A stretch of DNA of 64,000 nucleotides from Ginglymostoma cirratum (GCA_024137785.1 JAHRHZ010000002.1:9962358-10026357), one strand, 5' to 3'; shown: positions 48,201 through 61,479, numbered from the stretch's first letter. The notes: a model not told the origin generated them from the sequence alone. Translations and numbers: made by a program.

Positions 48201-51200
48201 CCCAAAATGGTCCTGATGTGACACATTTCCTTTTTGCAAGACTTAAAGCTTTGTATCACCAAACCACTTTGAATAGTCAAATGGAATGACCAGAATATTT
48301 GTGGCCTATTCTTAATACTTCAATAGCTATTCAAAAAGAACTTAGCACAATATTTTGCCAAAATTAGTAAGCAAAGTGTTGATCTGTTGTCTGGTGCAGA
48401 GTGAATGTGGAATTGTTGAAAGTGCGCTGTTTCAAGATGTTTGTGTTCTGCAGAAATACACTGACAAACTAACCTTTTTTTTTTTCTCTTTTGTTTCTGT
48501 CTTCAAGGAAGTTAGTTCTTGGAGGGACAGGTACGCATTCTTAGTTCACCATTGCTTGGGTAAACATTCCAGGATCTGAATCCTGTTGTACTAACTCATT
48601 TGCTACAGCATTGGCTTTTGTTGCAGAGAATTGAAGTTAGACATGAGGAAATCTTACAACAATTGTACATGGCTTTTGGTGTCACAACGCATAGAATATT
48701 ATGCAAAGCTTTAATCTCCTACCAGTGTCCGTTTACTTAAGTACAGTGTAACAAAAGTTCACTTGACTCCCTGACTTGCATTCTCATTTGAAGCAACTAT
48801 TTTTTAAATGTAGTAAAGCAAGCTTATCTCCGCCCTCAATTAGGGTCTATGACCAGGTTAGATGCTAAAAGGCAGTCTATTCTTGGATGTAGTGTCAAGA
48901 ACTAGGTTTCATTGTTCTAGGCTAAGTGGATGAGTTTTTGGACTAGGATGAGAAATATCTGGACTTAAAGCTTTGTTTGCATGGTGTTCTGATACTCGGT
49001 CATTCTGAATGTTTGCAGATGGGAAAGGAGTACAAAATTTGGTGAGGTAGATGATCAGCTGCAGTTTAATTCACTGTTTTTGGATGTTGTTGACTGGGTT
49101 GGTTAGAGTTTAAATTTTAAGGGAGGTGATATTTCCAATTGAGACTTGATGTGGTTCAGTCTTTAGAAATGAATCAAAACATGATTGATTAAAGAACTAT
49201 TGCAATCAAACCTCATCCAGACAAGTTACAAAGCTCATTAACCTTTTTTAACTGCTTCCAAAGAGAACTTCTGGGCCAAATGTTTCAATTCTTTCTCTGC
49301 TGTTGAAAGTGGTGAGCTGCCTTGAATCAGTTTTCCGGTAGGTGTACATACACCCACCATACTTTTACAGAGCAAGTGTTAGCTTAAAAAGGTAATTTGT
49401 TAAATTAACAACTAACCAGGGCATGGAGGGGGCTGAATTCACAGATTGGTGAAATAGCAGTCTCTGGCCAGATTGACCTTGCTGGTAAGCTATTGACAAT
49501 GGGATTTCTATTGGGATCAAATGTGACTGGCTGCATGTCTTTGACAACAGGAGTAGATTCCAGGTGCTCCCAAAGGACTCGGTGGTTGCAACAATATTTC
49601 TCCTGTTTAGAAATCTTCCATTTGTAGTGATGGTGTCTTCCAGTTCTTTATCCAAGTCCAAAACCCTCCATTTGAGGGAAACTGAGAAAAGCTGCTGCTC
49701 AAGGCAGATTTGACTGTTCAAATTCCTCAGCTTTTATTACACTTATAAATTAGATCCTGCAATCTAAGTTTTGTAGACAAATGATGCTAGCCACGCAGCT
49801 CGTTCTCAGCAACATTTCTGCTGTGGCCAATATTCTTTGTCTTTTGGAGGATGTTCATTTTGTTTTTTCTAAATTGCTCCAAAAACACCACCTATTATAA
49901 CATTGGATAGGCTGAAAGGGGTGTATAGCCCTAGTCTTGTGTTCTTCTGTCCTTGTATTTTGTAACACATCATCCTGTTAGCAGGCTTTCTGAAGAGATA
50001 CCCACTGTTCTGCCTGGGAATGTGTGCCTGGGAACATACAAAGGCCCATTACAGTACAAACTATGGAAGGAAATGAAGAATATCATCCATCCAGGTAAAT
50101 GAATGTATTGCTTCCACCTGTAATTCTGTATCTAGGTTAATGGGAGTAATAAACTGTCTGCCCTGTCCTTATAACAAAAGCACAAATTGTTGGAAAAGCT
50201 CAGTAGCTCTGGCAGTATCAATAGAGATATCAGTTAATGTTGCAGGTCAGGTGATCCTTCCTCCAAATAATGAGCTCTGAGGGAGAGTTGCTTCGCCTGA
50301 ACTGCAAACTGATTTCTCTACAGATGCTGCCAGACCTACTAAGCTTTTCCAACAGATTTTTTTTTTTTGTTTGGCTTCCAGCATTTGGAGTTGTTTGAGT
50401 GTTTACTGGACTTACAAATGATTCTTTCACTATATTATCTGCCCTGTTAGGGACAGTACCACTGTGCCTCATCTCTGGACTTGAGTTCTGGGTTCAACAC
50501 CCACCCACGCCACATCTGAGAGGGTTTTTCAAAACAGAATCTTTGTATCCACGGAATTCACTTGGTAGAGTCAGTTGTTTCGCACAAGCTGTTGGTGTTT
50601 TGCACTTAGCTTGGTGATGTGGATGAGGGCATATGATTGGGAATATTTCCTTGAAGGTTGGATGAGTCAAATGCTAACATGAGTTAGCTAAGCTGACAGT
50701 GCCTTCTACGTGGGAGAATGGCAGCAACTTTACAAAACTTAAATGTTTAATTTTTTTTGTATAGTCCTCACTTTTTTCAACTTGTGCTGAGGCAGTTTGT
50801 TGACACTGACACTAGTTTGTCATTAAGTTGTAACTAATAAATTACAAGGGCATTCTTTTTCCCATTAGGGAACCAGTGTGGAACCGTTGCTATATTGAAT
50901 AGGAAAGAATGCTGACTTTTGTTTAAACTGTAGTTATCACTTTATCCCAAGCATGTCCTACTTGAGGACAGAAGGACCATTTTGTTATTTCAAATTAACT
51001 AACTGGTTTGCATATTTGGCAGTGTTGATTACCAGACCAGCATGGCATCAGTTTTAGTTGCATCCAGTGGAATGATCTGAGATGCTCTTGATAGATTCAC
51101 TGTCACCAATCTGCCCTGATGGTGTTTAATCTAAAGCTATTGATAACTAGCAGTAAAGGATGCCCACATGCTCTCTAGCAGGTGAGAGAACAGGTCTTGG

Positions 51201-54200
51201 TGAGATTAGGTTTATTACCTGGACTCCTGTAACTTCAGTTATGGTTCTTAACTGCTGTAAATCCAAGGATACAGCTGAGTAACTATTAGTGCCGCTGAAA
51301 ATCTGGTACACCAGATGTTGGCTCTTCCCATGAACAGCCCTTCGTTGTTGAAGGGGCAGAGATAATCTAATACTGTCAGTCAACCCTCTTCCATGCCATG
51401 TCTTTATAGCATGTAGCCAAGCTGACCTTTTTTGGTATGGGTGATCCAGCAAATTGAATTGGAGCTGCAGTAATCAAATTGTTGTCATGCAGAACTTTAG
51501 CAGTGTAACTAACAATTGTAGCAACAGACTGATCAGTGGTCTTTTCAGTGAGTGGGAATGGACTGTTAGATGAAGCCAGGGAGGTTTTGAATTTGACAGC
51601 TGGTCTTGTAGCATCGGAGTCATATAGCACAGAAACAGACCGTTTGATCTGGCAAGTGCCAGGCGTTGTATTCTGGATGCAATTAGATTGGTCAAGCTCC
51701 CAGCCTTGAAGCAAAACCCACTTCATTCATATGATAGTTAGAATACAGTAAATAGGTAAGAAATTAGAAAAATGTAACTCTATGGGAAAACTGAACAGAA
51801 TAATAGATTATGTAACTACTAAACACCTGCAGTAATATTGTAACATTCCACAAATGCATCTCTGACAAAGGCAAATTCTGTGAAATAGGTTGTCCCTCAT
51901 GCAATTCTGCAGACCAGGAGAAAAGATATCAAAAGCAAACAGTATTGGGGAGAGATACTGAAGCTTCAAAACCACAACTGCTACTGGAAAAACTAAAACA
52001 AAAAGTCTTGGTTCTGTAGGAGGCTGTTTCTATTCAACACTTGGGTTTTGTTTTAAAATAGAACTCTCAATCTGTTTACGTTATTAGCTGAATATACTAA
52101 CTGGCACCTTTTTCCAATTAAAACCAGACAAAATAGACTTCCAAGCCATAGTGTCATACTTCCATATCACCTTCCAAATGCACAATCACTTCCATCTAGA
52201 AGGACCAGGGCAGCAGATGTATGGGGATGCAACCATCTTCAAGTTCCCCTCCAAGCCACTCACCACCTGATTTGGAAATGTATTGCTGTTCCTTCACTGT
52301 CACTGGGCCAAAATCCTGTAATTCCCTCCCTAGTGGTATTGTGGGTCAATCCACAGCAGGTGGACTGCAGCAGTTCAAGAAGGCAGCTCACCACCACCTT
52401 CTCCAGGGCAGTTAGGGACAAGCAGTAAGTACTGGCCGGCCAGCCAGCGATGCTCGTGTCCCACAAATGAATTTTTAAAAGAAAACTGAACCCACTTCTA
52501 CCACTTCATCTGGAAGTTCATTCCATAAGAAATGTTTGCTTTCTGAACAGTCGGCACTCAGATTTGAGTAATGCTTTTTTTTTTTGACTGGAGACTTCTT
52601 TTTAAAATATCCTCTGAACATGTCTCCCAAAATTGGCTAGCATCCTCCCCAGAGAGGAAACTAGTGTAACCATTTGACTTGTCCACCCCACCTGGAGTCC
52701 CAGTTGAACTAGAAGATGCTTCACCCCAGCACAGGAGCAATTACAAGCCAGCAAGTAGCAGGAGTAGGCCATTCTGTCCCTCTAGACTGCTTGGCCAGCC
52801 AACAAAGTGGCTGATCTGATTACAACTCCAAATCTGCATTTGTACCAACTCTTGATGACATTTCACCCCCCCCCCCCACCAGCTTAAATGATTGGTTTTT
52901 ACTTCTGATTGGGGGCAATAATATCAAGTACTGTACTTCCATCTTTGCTCTCTCAGAAGCCTAAAGACCCATGACCCTCCTGAAAGAAAAACAAATTGCC
53001 ATTTCAAATGAACAGCTGCCTGTTTTCCCTCTTGATCTCCTGTTTTGAGGGAAAGTGAGGGGGGAAACATCCTATTTACATTTTCCTATCTATCCCCTCC
53101 AGGATCTTGTATGTTTTTATTAACTAAATTATCCTGCTGCTAATGCAAACAGATACGAGCTCAGCCTGTCCAACTTAATACAGCCCTGACTCCCTTTCCA
53201 AACCACCTCCATTCCAGCTATTAGTCAAGCAAATTTTCTTTAACTTTCCTCAATACAATTAAATCCTTTTTTCAAGGTGACCAATTCCCTTTGGGATGCC
53301 TTTATTCAACTGGGGTGACATGGTGGCAGTGGTTAGCACTGCTGCCTCTGTAAGGCATATGGGTTCAATTCCAGCCTTGGGTGACTGTGCAAACTCCATA
53401 TGTTCTTCCCATATATGCACAAGTTTCCTCCAGGTGCTCCAGCTTCATCCCACAGCCCAAATATGTGCTGGTTAGGTGGATGGGCCATGGGGAAACACAG
53501 GGTTACAGGGATAGGGTGGGTGGAGGTTCTCTGGGATGCTGTTTAGAAGGTTGGTACAGACTCGATGGGCCAAAATGGTCTCTTTCTGTGAAACTGCCTC
53601 CAAAACACTCTGATATTATAATCTAGATTCCAACAACTTGCTAGATAACAAGGTGTGGAGCTGGATGAACACAGCAGGCCAAGCAGCAGCATAGGAGCAC
53701 GAAAGCTTGACGGTTTGGGTGGGGTGGTGGGGGGGGTGGTCTAGGCCTGAAACGTCAAGCTTTCCTGCTCCTATGATGCTGCTTGGCCCGCTGTGTTCAT
53801 CCAACTCCACACCTTGTTATCCTGGATTCTCCAGCATCTGCAGTACCTATTATCTCCAACAACTTGGTTTTTTAAAAAAGATTTGCATAATTTTTCTTCC
53901 ACTTCTTGAATTACCTTAAATCTGGATCCACTTGTTCTCTACCCTATCATAAGTGGCAATATTTTCTCTTTGACCTGTCCTGACCACTGGTGACTTTGAA
54001 TACTTCAGTTATATTGCCTTTCTACCTTCTAAAACCTTTCCCAATGTCTGATCTGTCTTTATAACTGAAATTCCCCATCCTGTACACCACCTTTGAAAAC
54101 ATCTTCATGCCCTTCTATCGTTGCTAAAGGAGAGAATTCAATTCTCAATATACTCCAGTTGTGGTCAAGCTACTGTCTAACTTTCAAATAAATCCTTGCT

Positions 54201-57200
54201 CTTGTGTACTGTTTATTAATAAAGTCAAAAGTACAGTATGTTTCAACTGTTCTCAATCTGCTGTGCAAACTTTTTTAAACACATGATCTACACCCTGGTT
54301 CCTCTGACTTGTGCCTGCTTGATGGGTTTTACCTTATACAGTCTCCCAATGTTCTTGTAGCATAGTGGCTAAGTGGTTAGCACTGCTGCTTCTCAGGGTT
54401 CCAGGTTCAATTCCACCCTTGGGCAAGTGTCTGCATGGAATTTGTACGTTCTCCCCATGTCTCCTGTGGGTGCTCTGGTTTCCTTCCACAGTCCAAATAT
54501 GTGCAGGTTAGGTAGATTGGTCATGCTAAATTAGTGTCCAGGGATAAGTGGGTTAGCAATGGGGAGGGGGTGTTATAGGGTAGGGGATGGGTCAGGTCTG
54601 GGTGGGATGCTCTTTAGAGAGCTGGTGTGGACTTGTTTGGCTGAATGGCCTGTTTCCACACTGTAGGTCTTCTAAATAAGACTGGAATTGGATACTTAAA
54701 ATCTGCCCCCTTTCTCTTTACCACATTGAACTTTAATTTGTCTACTCCACAGTCTTGTCTGTCTGAATTTCATAATTTACAATGCTCCTGTTTTTTCTGG
54801 TCCCCAAAATTTTGAAACTTGTGCTGCATACAAGATCTAGGTCACTAATGTATGTGAGGGAACTGAGGAGCTCCACACTGAACCCGAGATATCTTGCTAT
54901 AAGCATTCCTGCAGCCTATAAAATGTTCATTGTCTCTTATCTTGCTGCCAATGATGGTTAATCTTCGTATTCATGTCATCACTACCTGTTTTATTCCATG
55001 ATCTTTAAAATCATTCGTCTATGTGGCACTTCTTGGAATGCCTTCTGGAAGTCCATGCATACCGCAGCAACAGCATTGATTTGATCAACATTGTAACTTC
55101 CATATGTTATTTTAACTCTTTGAATCTTTAAAATCCAGACTGGCTCACATTAAGCCACACTTGTACGTTTAGCTCTGTTCTGAATTATTTTTGTAATTTC
55201 CCAACAATTGAAATATGACTGGGCTGTAGTTTCTTAGCTTGTCCTTGCACCTAGACCCTTTTGAACAAGGGCATAATATTTGCAATTCTCAAGTTCTGTG
55301 GTCCTGTCCAGAGTGTAACAAAACTGAAATAGCTAGTGGCTCTGCAGTCTCCATTCTTGTTTCCCTACATCCTTAAATGCATTCCATCTGGTATAGTTCC
55401 TTTTTCTAACTGTACAGATCCTTCTCCACTTTAAATACTCCTAGCAATCAAATTTTCCCTTTTTGACAATGGCCAGGGTGACGACATCTTCAGTCACAGT
55501 GGATGCAACGTTTTATTTAATACATCAACTGTGCTGTCTACCTCCATGTCCATCTGTTTGGTCCCTGATCATCTTCTTGTCAGCTTGCCTTTTTATTTGC
55601 ATACAGAAAATTTGGGTTTCCTTTTTAGCTACCAGTATCTTCTCTCCCACTCTCTCGCTTTTTTACTACATGCAATCTGCTTCTCTAATCTATTTTCTCC
55701 CTGATATCATTCAGAAGCCCACTTTTTTGATTTCTTTATTTTCTTCTTTTTCTACCCCTTATCAAACAGAACTATACTTGCTTTCCCTTTTTATGAAGGA
55801 ATGTATGCCTGGTACTTCTAAATCATTGCCTTATGTTGTGATTCTTCAGTTGCATGGTGGCATATTTTTAGTACAGCATTACACAGTGGAGCCTTCAGTA
55901 ATGCTTCCTCATAGTGCCCTGTAGTAAAAGATGTGTTTTTTTTTTGAGCCAATGTTGGTTTTTTCCGGTATAGGGAACAGGAGCTAAAGATCAAAGGAAA
56001 GATGATCTGTACCATACCCAAAGCAAGAGTTCATTGTCTCCTTGCAAGCAAGAAGGCTGGTCTGTACAGTTCCCTTTAAATGAAAGACTTATTGATGCAA
56101 GCTGATTGTAATTTTGAAGTCCATTTATTGTGGGTGAGACAGGAGCAAATGAAGTCTGGCTTGTTTGCTACTGTATTCAAATTCAGACAGATTTTTCTTT
56201 TAGTTGGGTGAGAAATATAGGCTGTAGTTTGAGGCAGACTTGGTAACTGTACAATATTTCAGCTAGGCTGCTGCAGTGCAGTGTTTCAACTTATACAATC
56301 ACTTTTCTGATCAAGAAATGTCCACTGGAACCATACTCTGGCTTTTTCATTGTTTCCACTGGCAATGTGTGCTTCACTTAAAATTGTGGTTTGTTTTTTT
56401 CCAGGAACATAACCACTATGTGAGGATTTGCTATAATTTATCTACCTGTTCTTAGCCCCTGCTTCAGTTGACTTTCTCACTTCATTCTTTTCACTACAGA
56501 TTGTGTACAGTTCTTCTTTTCACTAACATTATAATTCAGTGTGGAGTCTTGTGGCACAGTGGTAGTGCCCCTAATTTCTGAGCCAGGAGGTCTAGGTTCA
56601 AGTCTCAAGTACAGAGGTGAATTGTAACCATTGTTGAACTGATTGCATTGGATATCTCTAATAGTGATTACTGTCCCTCCTAAGCATTTCTCCCACTGAT
56701 GCTTAATCCACTTGGTACATCTCACTTGTATTTGTTTTGTTGTGCAGTTCCCCTTGGTCTGACCCTGGATCCTCAAACAGCAAACCCTTGGCTCCTGCTA
56801 TCAGAGGACCTGACCAGTGTGACTGCCATTGAAACTAAGCAGATTGTCCCTGATGGCCCAGCCAGGTTTGACGTGTGCGTGTCTGTCCTGGCAATGGAGG
56901 GATTCACATCTGGCACACACTATTGGGAGGTGGAAGTGAGCAGCAAGTCCAAATGGGACCTGGGTGTAGCCAGAGAATCCATTAACAGGAAGGGGGACAT
57001 TGCTTTGAAGCCTGAAAATGGATACCTGGCAATTTCCCTGACCAATGGAGGGCAGTACTGTGCTCTGACGTCCCCCACTGTCACTCCCCTGCAGCTAAGT
57101 GGGAGTCCCAGTCGGATTGGTATTTATGTGGACTATGAGGGAGGCCAAGTGTCCTTTTACAATGCTGCTGACTCTGCTCATCTCTACACCTTTACTGAGA

Positions 57201-57292
57201 CATTTACAGAGAAAATATTCCCTTACTTTTGCCCCTGCCTGAATGACACTGGAGACAATGGTGCCCCTCTCTCTGTGGTTTCCTTTCAGTAG
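41797..57292 (+). CDS. TRIM protein (RING-Bbox2-coiled coil-PRY/SPRY; TRIM69/TRIM35/NF7-A33-like group), 6 coding exons, ~474 aa
   Basis: Exons of 420/96/231/23/110/545 nt join in frame with GT-AG sites. This matches the classic class IV TRIM exon-size pattern, with a GPLQYKLWKEM motif and a B30.2 domain. Confidence 0.92.
42405..42690 (+). mobile_element. HE1-like SINE
   Basis: GGTGGCTCAGTGGTTAGCACTGCTGCCTCACAGC head; TTTCCACACTGTA tail. Confidence 0.85.
42840..43145 (+). mobile_element. HE1-like SINE (diverged)
   Basis: tRNA-like head and CR1-type tail. Confidence 0.7.
43242..43332 (+). mobile_element. 91-bp Penelope-derived mini-element with 14-bp TSD
   Basis: TSD TCCAGTTATAACCT at 43228-43241/43333-43346; begins at CTGAAGAAGGGTCCAGACCC (decayed hammerhead). 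Confidence 0.78.
43372..43467 (+). CDS. TRIM exon 2 (96 nt, coiled coil)
   Basis: DKGAVLLNSLNQRVVSLKDVVQKQGLEIAHVK; CAG/GTAAGT. Confidence 0.88.
43520..45910 (+). mobile_element. Degenerate CR1 LINE fragments (endonuclease/RT remnants)
   Basis: ATCATGGGGGATTTCAA (IMGDFN), AGTGACCAT (SDH) and CR1 3'-end motifs. Confidence 0.7.
46629..46859 (+). CDS. TRIM exon 3 (231 nt, coiled coil)
   Basis: HIAQQFADLHRFLNEHEQQLLEKLE... Confidence 0.9.
47120..47442 (-). mobile_element. HE1-like SINE
   Basis: Family similarity to 2431-2723. Confidence 0.8.
48508..48530 (+). CDS. TRIM exon 4 (23 nt)
   Basis: Long pyrimidine tract, AAG|GAAGTTAGTTCTTGGAGGGACAG|GTACG; its size and phase bridge exons 3 and 5. 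Confidence 0.8.
49985..50094 (+). CDS. TRIM exon 5 (110 nt; TAGCAG tandem acceptor)
   Basis: LSEEIPTVLPGNVCLGTYKGPLQYKLWKEMKNIIHP. Confidence 0.88.
50175..50395. mobile_element. Palindromic Penelope-derived mini-element (degenerate)
   Basis: TTGTTGGAAAAGCTCAG.../...CTACTAAGCTTTTCCAACAG inverted arms. Confidence 0.65.
52165..52480 (+). mobile_element. LINE 3'-end fragment (same family as 32040-32430)
   Basis: Shared CTGCAGCRGTTCAAGAAGGCAGCTCACCACC...TAGGGA tail. Confidence 0.65.
53310..53590 (+). mobile_element. HE1-like SINE
   Basis: GTGGTTAGCACTGCTGCCTC head. Confidence 0.75.
53641..53854. mobile_element. Palindromic Penelope-derived mini-element with 12-bp TSD
   Basis: TSD TCCAACAACTTG at 53629-53640/53855-53866; inverted arms; GGCCTGAAACGTC half-core; same subfamily as 3646-3812. 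Confidence 0.8.
54360..54665 (+). mobile_element. HE1-like SINE
   Basis: Head and tail as in the other copies. Confidence 0.82.
56748..57292 (+). CDS. TRIM exon 6: PRY/SPRY (B30.2)
   Basis: LTLDPQTANPWLLLSED...GFTSGTHYWEVEV...WDLGVARES...IGIYVDYEGGQVSFYN...FPYFCP. Confidence 0.95.
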
Positions 57293-60200
57293 ATAGTTTT
57301 AAGATTTTTAGTTTAATACTGGCATCTCCCCAGGTTGGTGTAAAATTGGGGGGAGGAAAACACAATTCAGAGTGCAGCTATAGGTGAGAGACTGGGCATG
57401 ATAAACTAAACTATTCTGATTACATTTCTAACATTATTGGCAATGCATCCAGAATGCACTGAGCTCTGCTGTCTATGTAATCAGCAATGTCTGACCCAGT
57501 GTTTCCAGTCTGTTTCAGACTACCTGTCTAATGAATTCAATATCATAGTAAAATGTAAGGTTAATAAACTTAATCTTTGTGAAAAAGCAAAATTGGACTT
57601 TTTTGCCCTGCAGTCTCACCTGTTGATTAACTGTGATGCTGTAGTTAATCTATGTTATTGAGACACAGCTTGTAACCAAGAATAATGCATAAACAGAAGG
57701 GAAAATGTCTCAGCTCCCCAGGAAATTACATTTGTGACATTTCAATTAGTTCCAACTGTCCTAGCTTACTTTATTGTTTTTTAAAAAATCCAACATGAGC
57801 AAGGCTTGCATTGTGTAATTTGGAAGATTGCTTCATATTAGCAATGATGGTAACACTAAAGTGTTCTTCCAATTCCCAATGAACAACAGGGGAACAAATT
57901 TTTAAAAAAAGCCACACCTTCCCAGTGAAAGTGGACAGATTTCTTCAATAAAGTATTAGAAATTGGAATTCTGCCCATGGCAATTAATTCTAAATGAATT
58001 AGTAACTTTAGAGCACAAACTTAGTTTTCTTTTTGTTAACCAATAGAAGGGAAATGTGGTGAACATGGTATCAGATAATAAAATTTAAGTAGACATTTAG
58101 ACTTTAAGACAATATGGCCCCTCTCCCATTCTGCAAATGTACTTTCTGCCACAATGTGAAACACAAACTGAAATGCTGGATAAACTAGGATCTGAAGAGA
58201 AAGCAAAGCCCAGAGAACCTGCAGTTCTACCTTTTTATTCTGGTCACTACCTTCCAGTGACATCATCCTTCTCCGATCACTCCTCCCCACTCAAAAGGAA
58301 AGAGATAGTCACCTCCAGCTGACCTCCATTATTTTAGTCGCCAGAATGGATAAAATTTAGACTGTTTGTTTTTTTTTTTTCCTGGGGAGGGAATAAAGCA
58401 CTAGCATATTTTTGGAAAGCTGAAATATTCCTTCACTCTGTTTTTGATATTGGTCCTTCTCAATAAGGTGGGAATGGCCAATGTTGCATTAATGTGGAGC
58501 AAGAATTTGAAGAATACCCTAAGGGGGCTTGGGATTAGGTCAAAATAAGAATTTGTCCCATATATGTGAGATGCGGCTCAATTTTCCATCAATCCGTTGG
58601 CAATAAGTATCCAGTGCTTAACTTGCAACTCTTCAATTGGAGTCACTATTTTGAGGCTGTTGTTGCAAAATGATCTGAAAGATGGTCCCTTATGCAAAAG
58701 ACTAGAATAGTGTTTTATAATTGCTTGTATTTATAAAGTTGAGATGTGTGGAAATTGTCACAATTTGGTGCCAATTTAATTTCAGAAATTATAAGTAATT
58801 GAGACAAAGTTCCTTTTTTTTTTTTTTTGTTCCATCTGTGGCTCCTGGGTTTATGGAATGGCTATGGGGCACTGTTGCTGAGGATGCCAAAACAAGGATT
58901 TCAGGACCAGATCCACCCTGCTGAAGCCACTGCATTACCATCGTAGCAAGGAGGGACATACTAGACCCACCAAGTTACCATAACCACTTGAAGGGGTAAC
59001 ATTGCCACCATAGCTGTGAGGAATAAACCAGAGCCAACGTGCTGCAACGAAGACAGCTGCTGCTGAGACAGCCACCAGGAGGGATGGACCAGACTCACTG
59101 ATGATGAAATCTTTGCTTAAAACTGTGGCCACGAGGATGGACATCCAGATCCAACATATTGCTGGCATTGTATTAGGCTGTTGTTATCACCTTCCTCCAC
59201 AGCAGCTGCAGAAAAGGTGAACTTTTAATACAAAAGAGAAATGAAGAAACAAAACAACAAAATAAAAGTTTTATTTTAGTGAGGGACATTTTTGAAATGC
59301 CTATTTTAGCCACTGTCCCTGTTTGGTAATTCAGTAAAAAAAGTGGAAGGAAAAGTCCAATCCTATAGTATTCTGAGCTTCTTAGGTGATTGTAGAATTA
59401 GAAACACAAACTACAAATTTGTGAGAAAGGGTTAGTTGCATTCCTTGAGCGAATGTTTGTAGGCAATAAAAGAAGCTCACTGCATCATTAGGGAGGATAA
59501 AACTATAAATAGACAACTCTCAGAGACCAAAAGAGTTGTAAAACATGGAGAATAAACAACTGTAGCTTAAGGGCAGATTCTTACACCCAAAAATCAAAGG
59601 AAAAGTGACAGAGACAGATTACAAAATACAGAGTGAAGATGCGATTATGCCGTCCTGGATATTTGTGGAATCTAAACAAGTTTCATTTAATGGCTCGGTA
59701 AAGTGATTGAGTTTTACCCTCATTAATGGAATTCAAGTAATTGCTTTTTGTTAAGAAAAGTGCTGGCAATGGAACGCGCTTAGAGTAGAAACAGGAAAAA
59801 TTTGTTTGCAAATGAGACTTTCCCTTAAAATTTGCTTTAAAGGTGTGGAGGTTGTGAACTGCAGCTGCAAGTCAGACTGTTTGTTTGATCTCTCAGGTAG
59901 AAGGGAGAGAGGGGTTTTCCTCATTTCATCAGCTGTGTCACAGAATTGTAGTAACTTTATATTAGAGTTGATATTTAAAGACTTTATAAGAATTGGGGGA
60001 AATGAATATCCTTCCTCATCTTCTGTACTAAATTTAGTCAAAAATTTGGAAGCGTTCTTAGTCATAAGGAGGTATTTTGGTTATTGGTAAATAATGGGAA
60101 ACAGATGACAAATGTCTTGTAAGGAGTATAACTGTCAGCAGCATTGTCAGAACCCAACGATAGATCATGGAGGTATCTGAGATTATGGGAGCATGTAGGG

Positions 60201-60879
60201 TTGCCCGTAGATATGCCCATCAATGATTGTGTTTACAGGATTAGGGGGACATAGCTAACATGGCTAAGTTGCACGCAATTGTTATAATGCGAAAGGCATA
60301 AAAATGCTGTATTCAGTAGGGGATCTGAGTGTCACTGACCTCTGATGTGAGCCGTATTTAAGAGGGCAACTGGGCCCTATGTGAAATCCAGATTGAGAGC
60401 AGTCTGTGGCCTCTCCCACATATGTGGCAGGTCACTTGTACTGCTGAACACAGAACTCAAGACTCCTCTTTGACATTTCTTCCTGCACCAGCCACTTGAG
60501 TGTCTTCAGCTCAGATTTGACACGCTGCAGATCTAGCTACAGACACTGTCACAACAGGGAGTGGGGAGAGTTACCTAAATACTATTTCAAGATTGGGTAT
60601 GCCACTTAGAATAATTGCATCAAATTTTGACAGTGGCCAGGAACAAGAGGCTATGATTGTGAGTGAGACAGGTAGTGAAATCCAGAACTTAACATGAGAG
60701 GCTCAACCAGTGCCCTTGTGAAATACATATGAGGCTATTGATCTGTGTGGAGGCACCGTTAAACTGTAAGGAGGATGAGTGAACTGATCAAAGCACCATG
60801 GTACAGACAAGTCGGTGGAGAAAAGAGAAACTTAGTACTAATCTGGGATAGCATCATTCAAGCAATAGATTTTGTTAGA

Positions 60880-61470
60880 GTCATAGAGTCCTACATACAG
60901 GCCTATCAGCCCAAACGGGTCCATGCTGACCAAAATGTCTATCCATGCTAACCTCACTTCCCTGCACTTGGCCCACATCCTTCTAAACTTTTCCTGTCCT
61001 TGCATCTGTCGAAATGCCCTTTAAATGTTGTTAATGTACCCGTCTCAACCATTTCTGCTGGCACCTCGTTCCATATGCATTACATCTTGTATGTAAAAAT
61101 GTTGCCCCTCAGCTTCCCATTTCTTCTTTCCTCGCTTACCTCAAACTGCTGCCCTTTAGACCTTGATTCCCCAACCCCAGGAAAAAGACTGAGTGCATTC
61201 ACCCTATCCATGCCTGTCATGATCTTATACACTTCTATAAGATTCCCCCTCTCAGTCTCCTACACTCTAAAGAAAAAAGTCTTAGCTTGTCCAACTGCTC
61301 CCTATAACTCAGTCCCTTGAGTCCTGGAAACATCCTTGTAAATTTCTTCTGCACACTTTACAGTTTATAAACATCCTTCCTGTAGAAAGGTGACCAAAAC
61401 TGAACACAAGTGCGGCCTCACCAACATCCCATACAACTGCAACATAACTTCTCAACTTCTATAATCAATA
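60880..61470 (-). mobile_element. CR1 LINE 3' fragment
   Basis: Antisense CR1 tail; same family as 7250-7800. Confidence 0.8.
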
Positions 61471-61479
61471 CCCTCTGTG

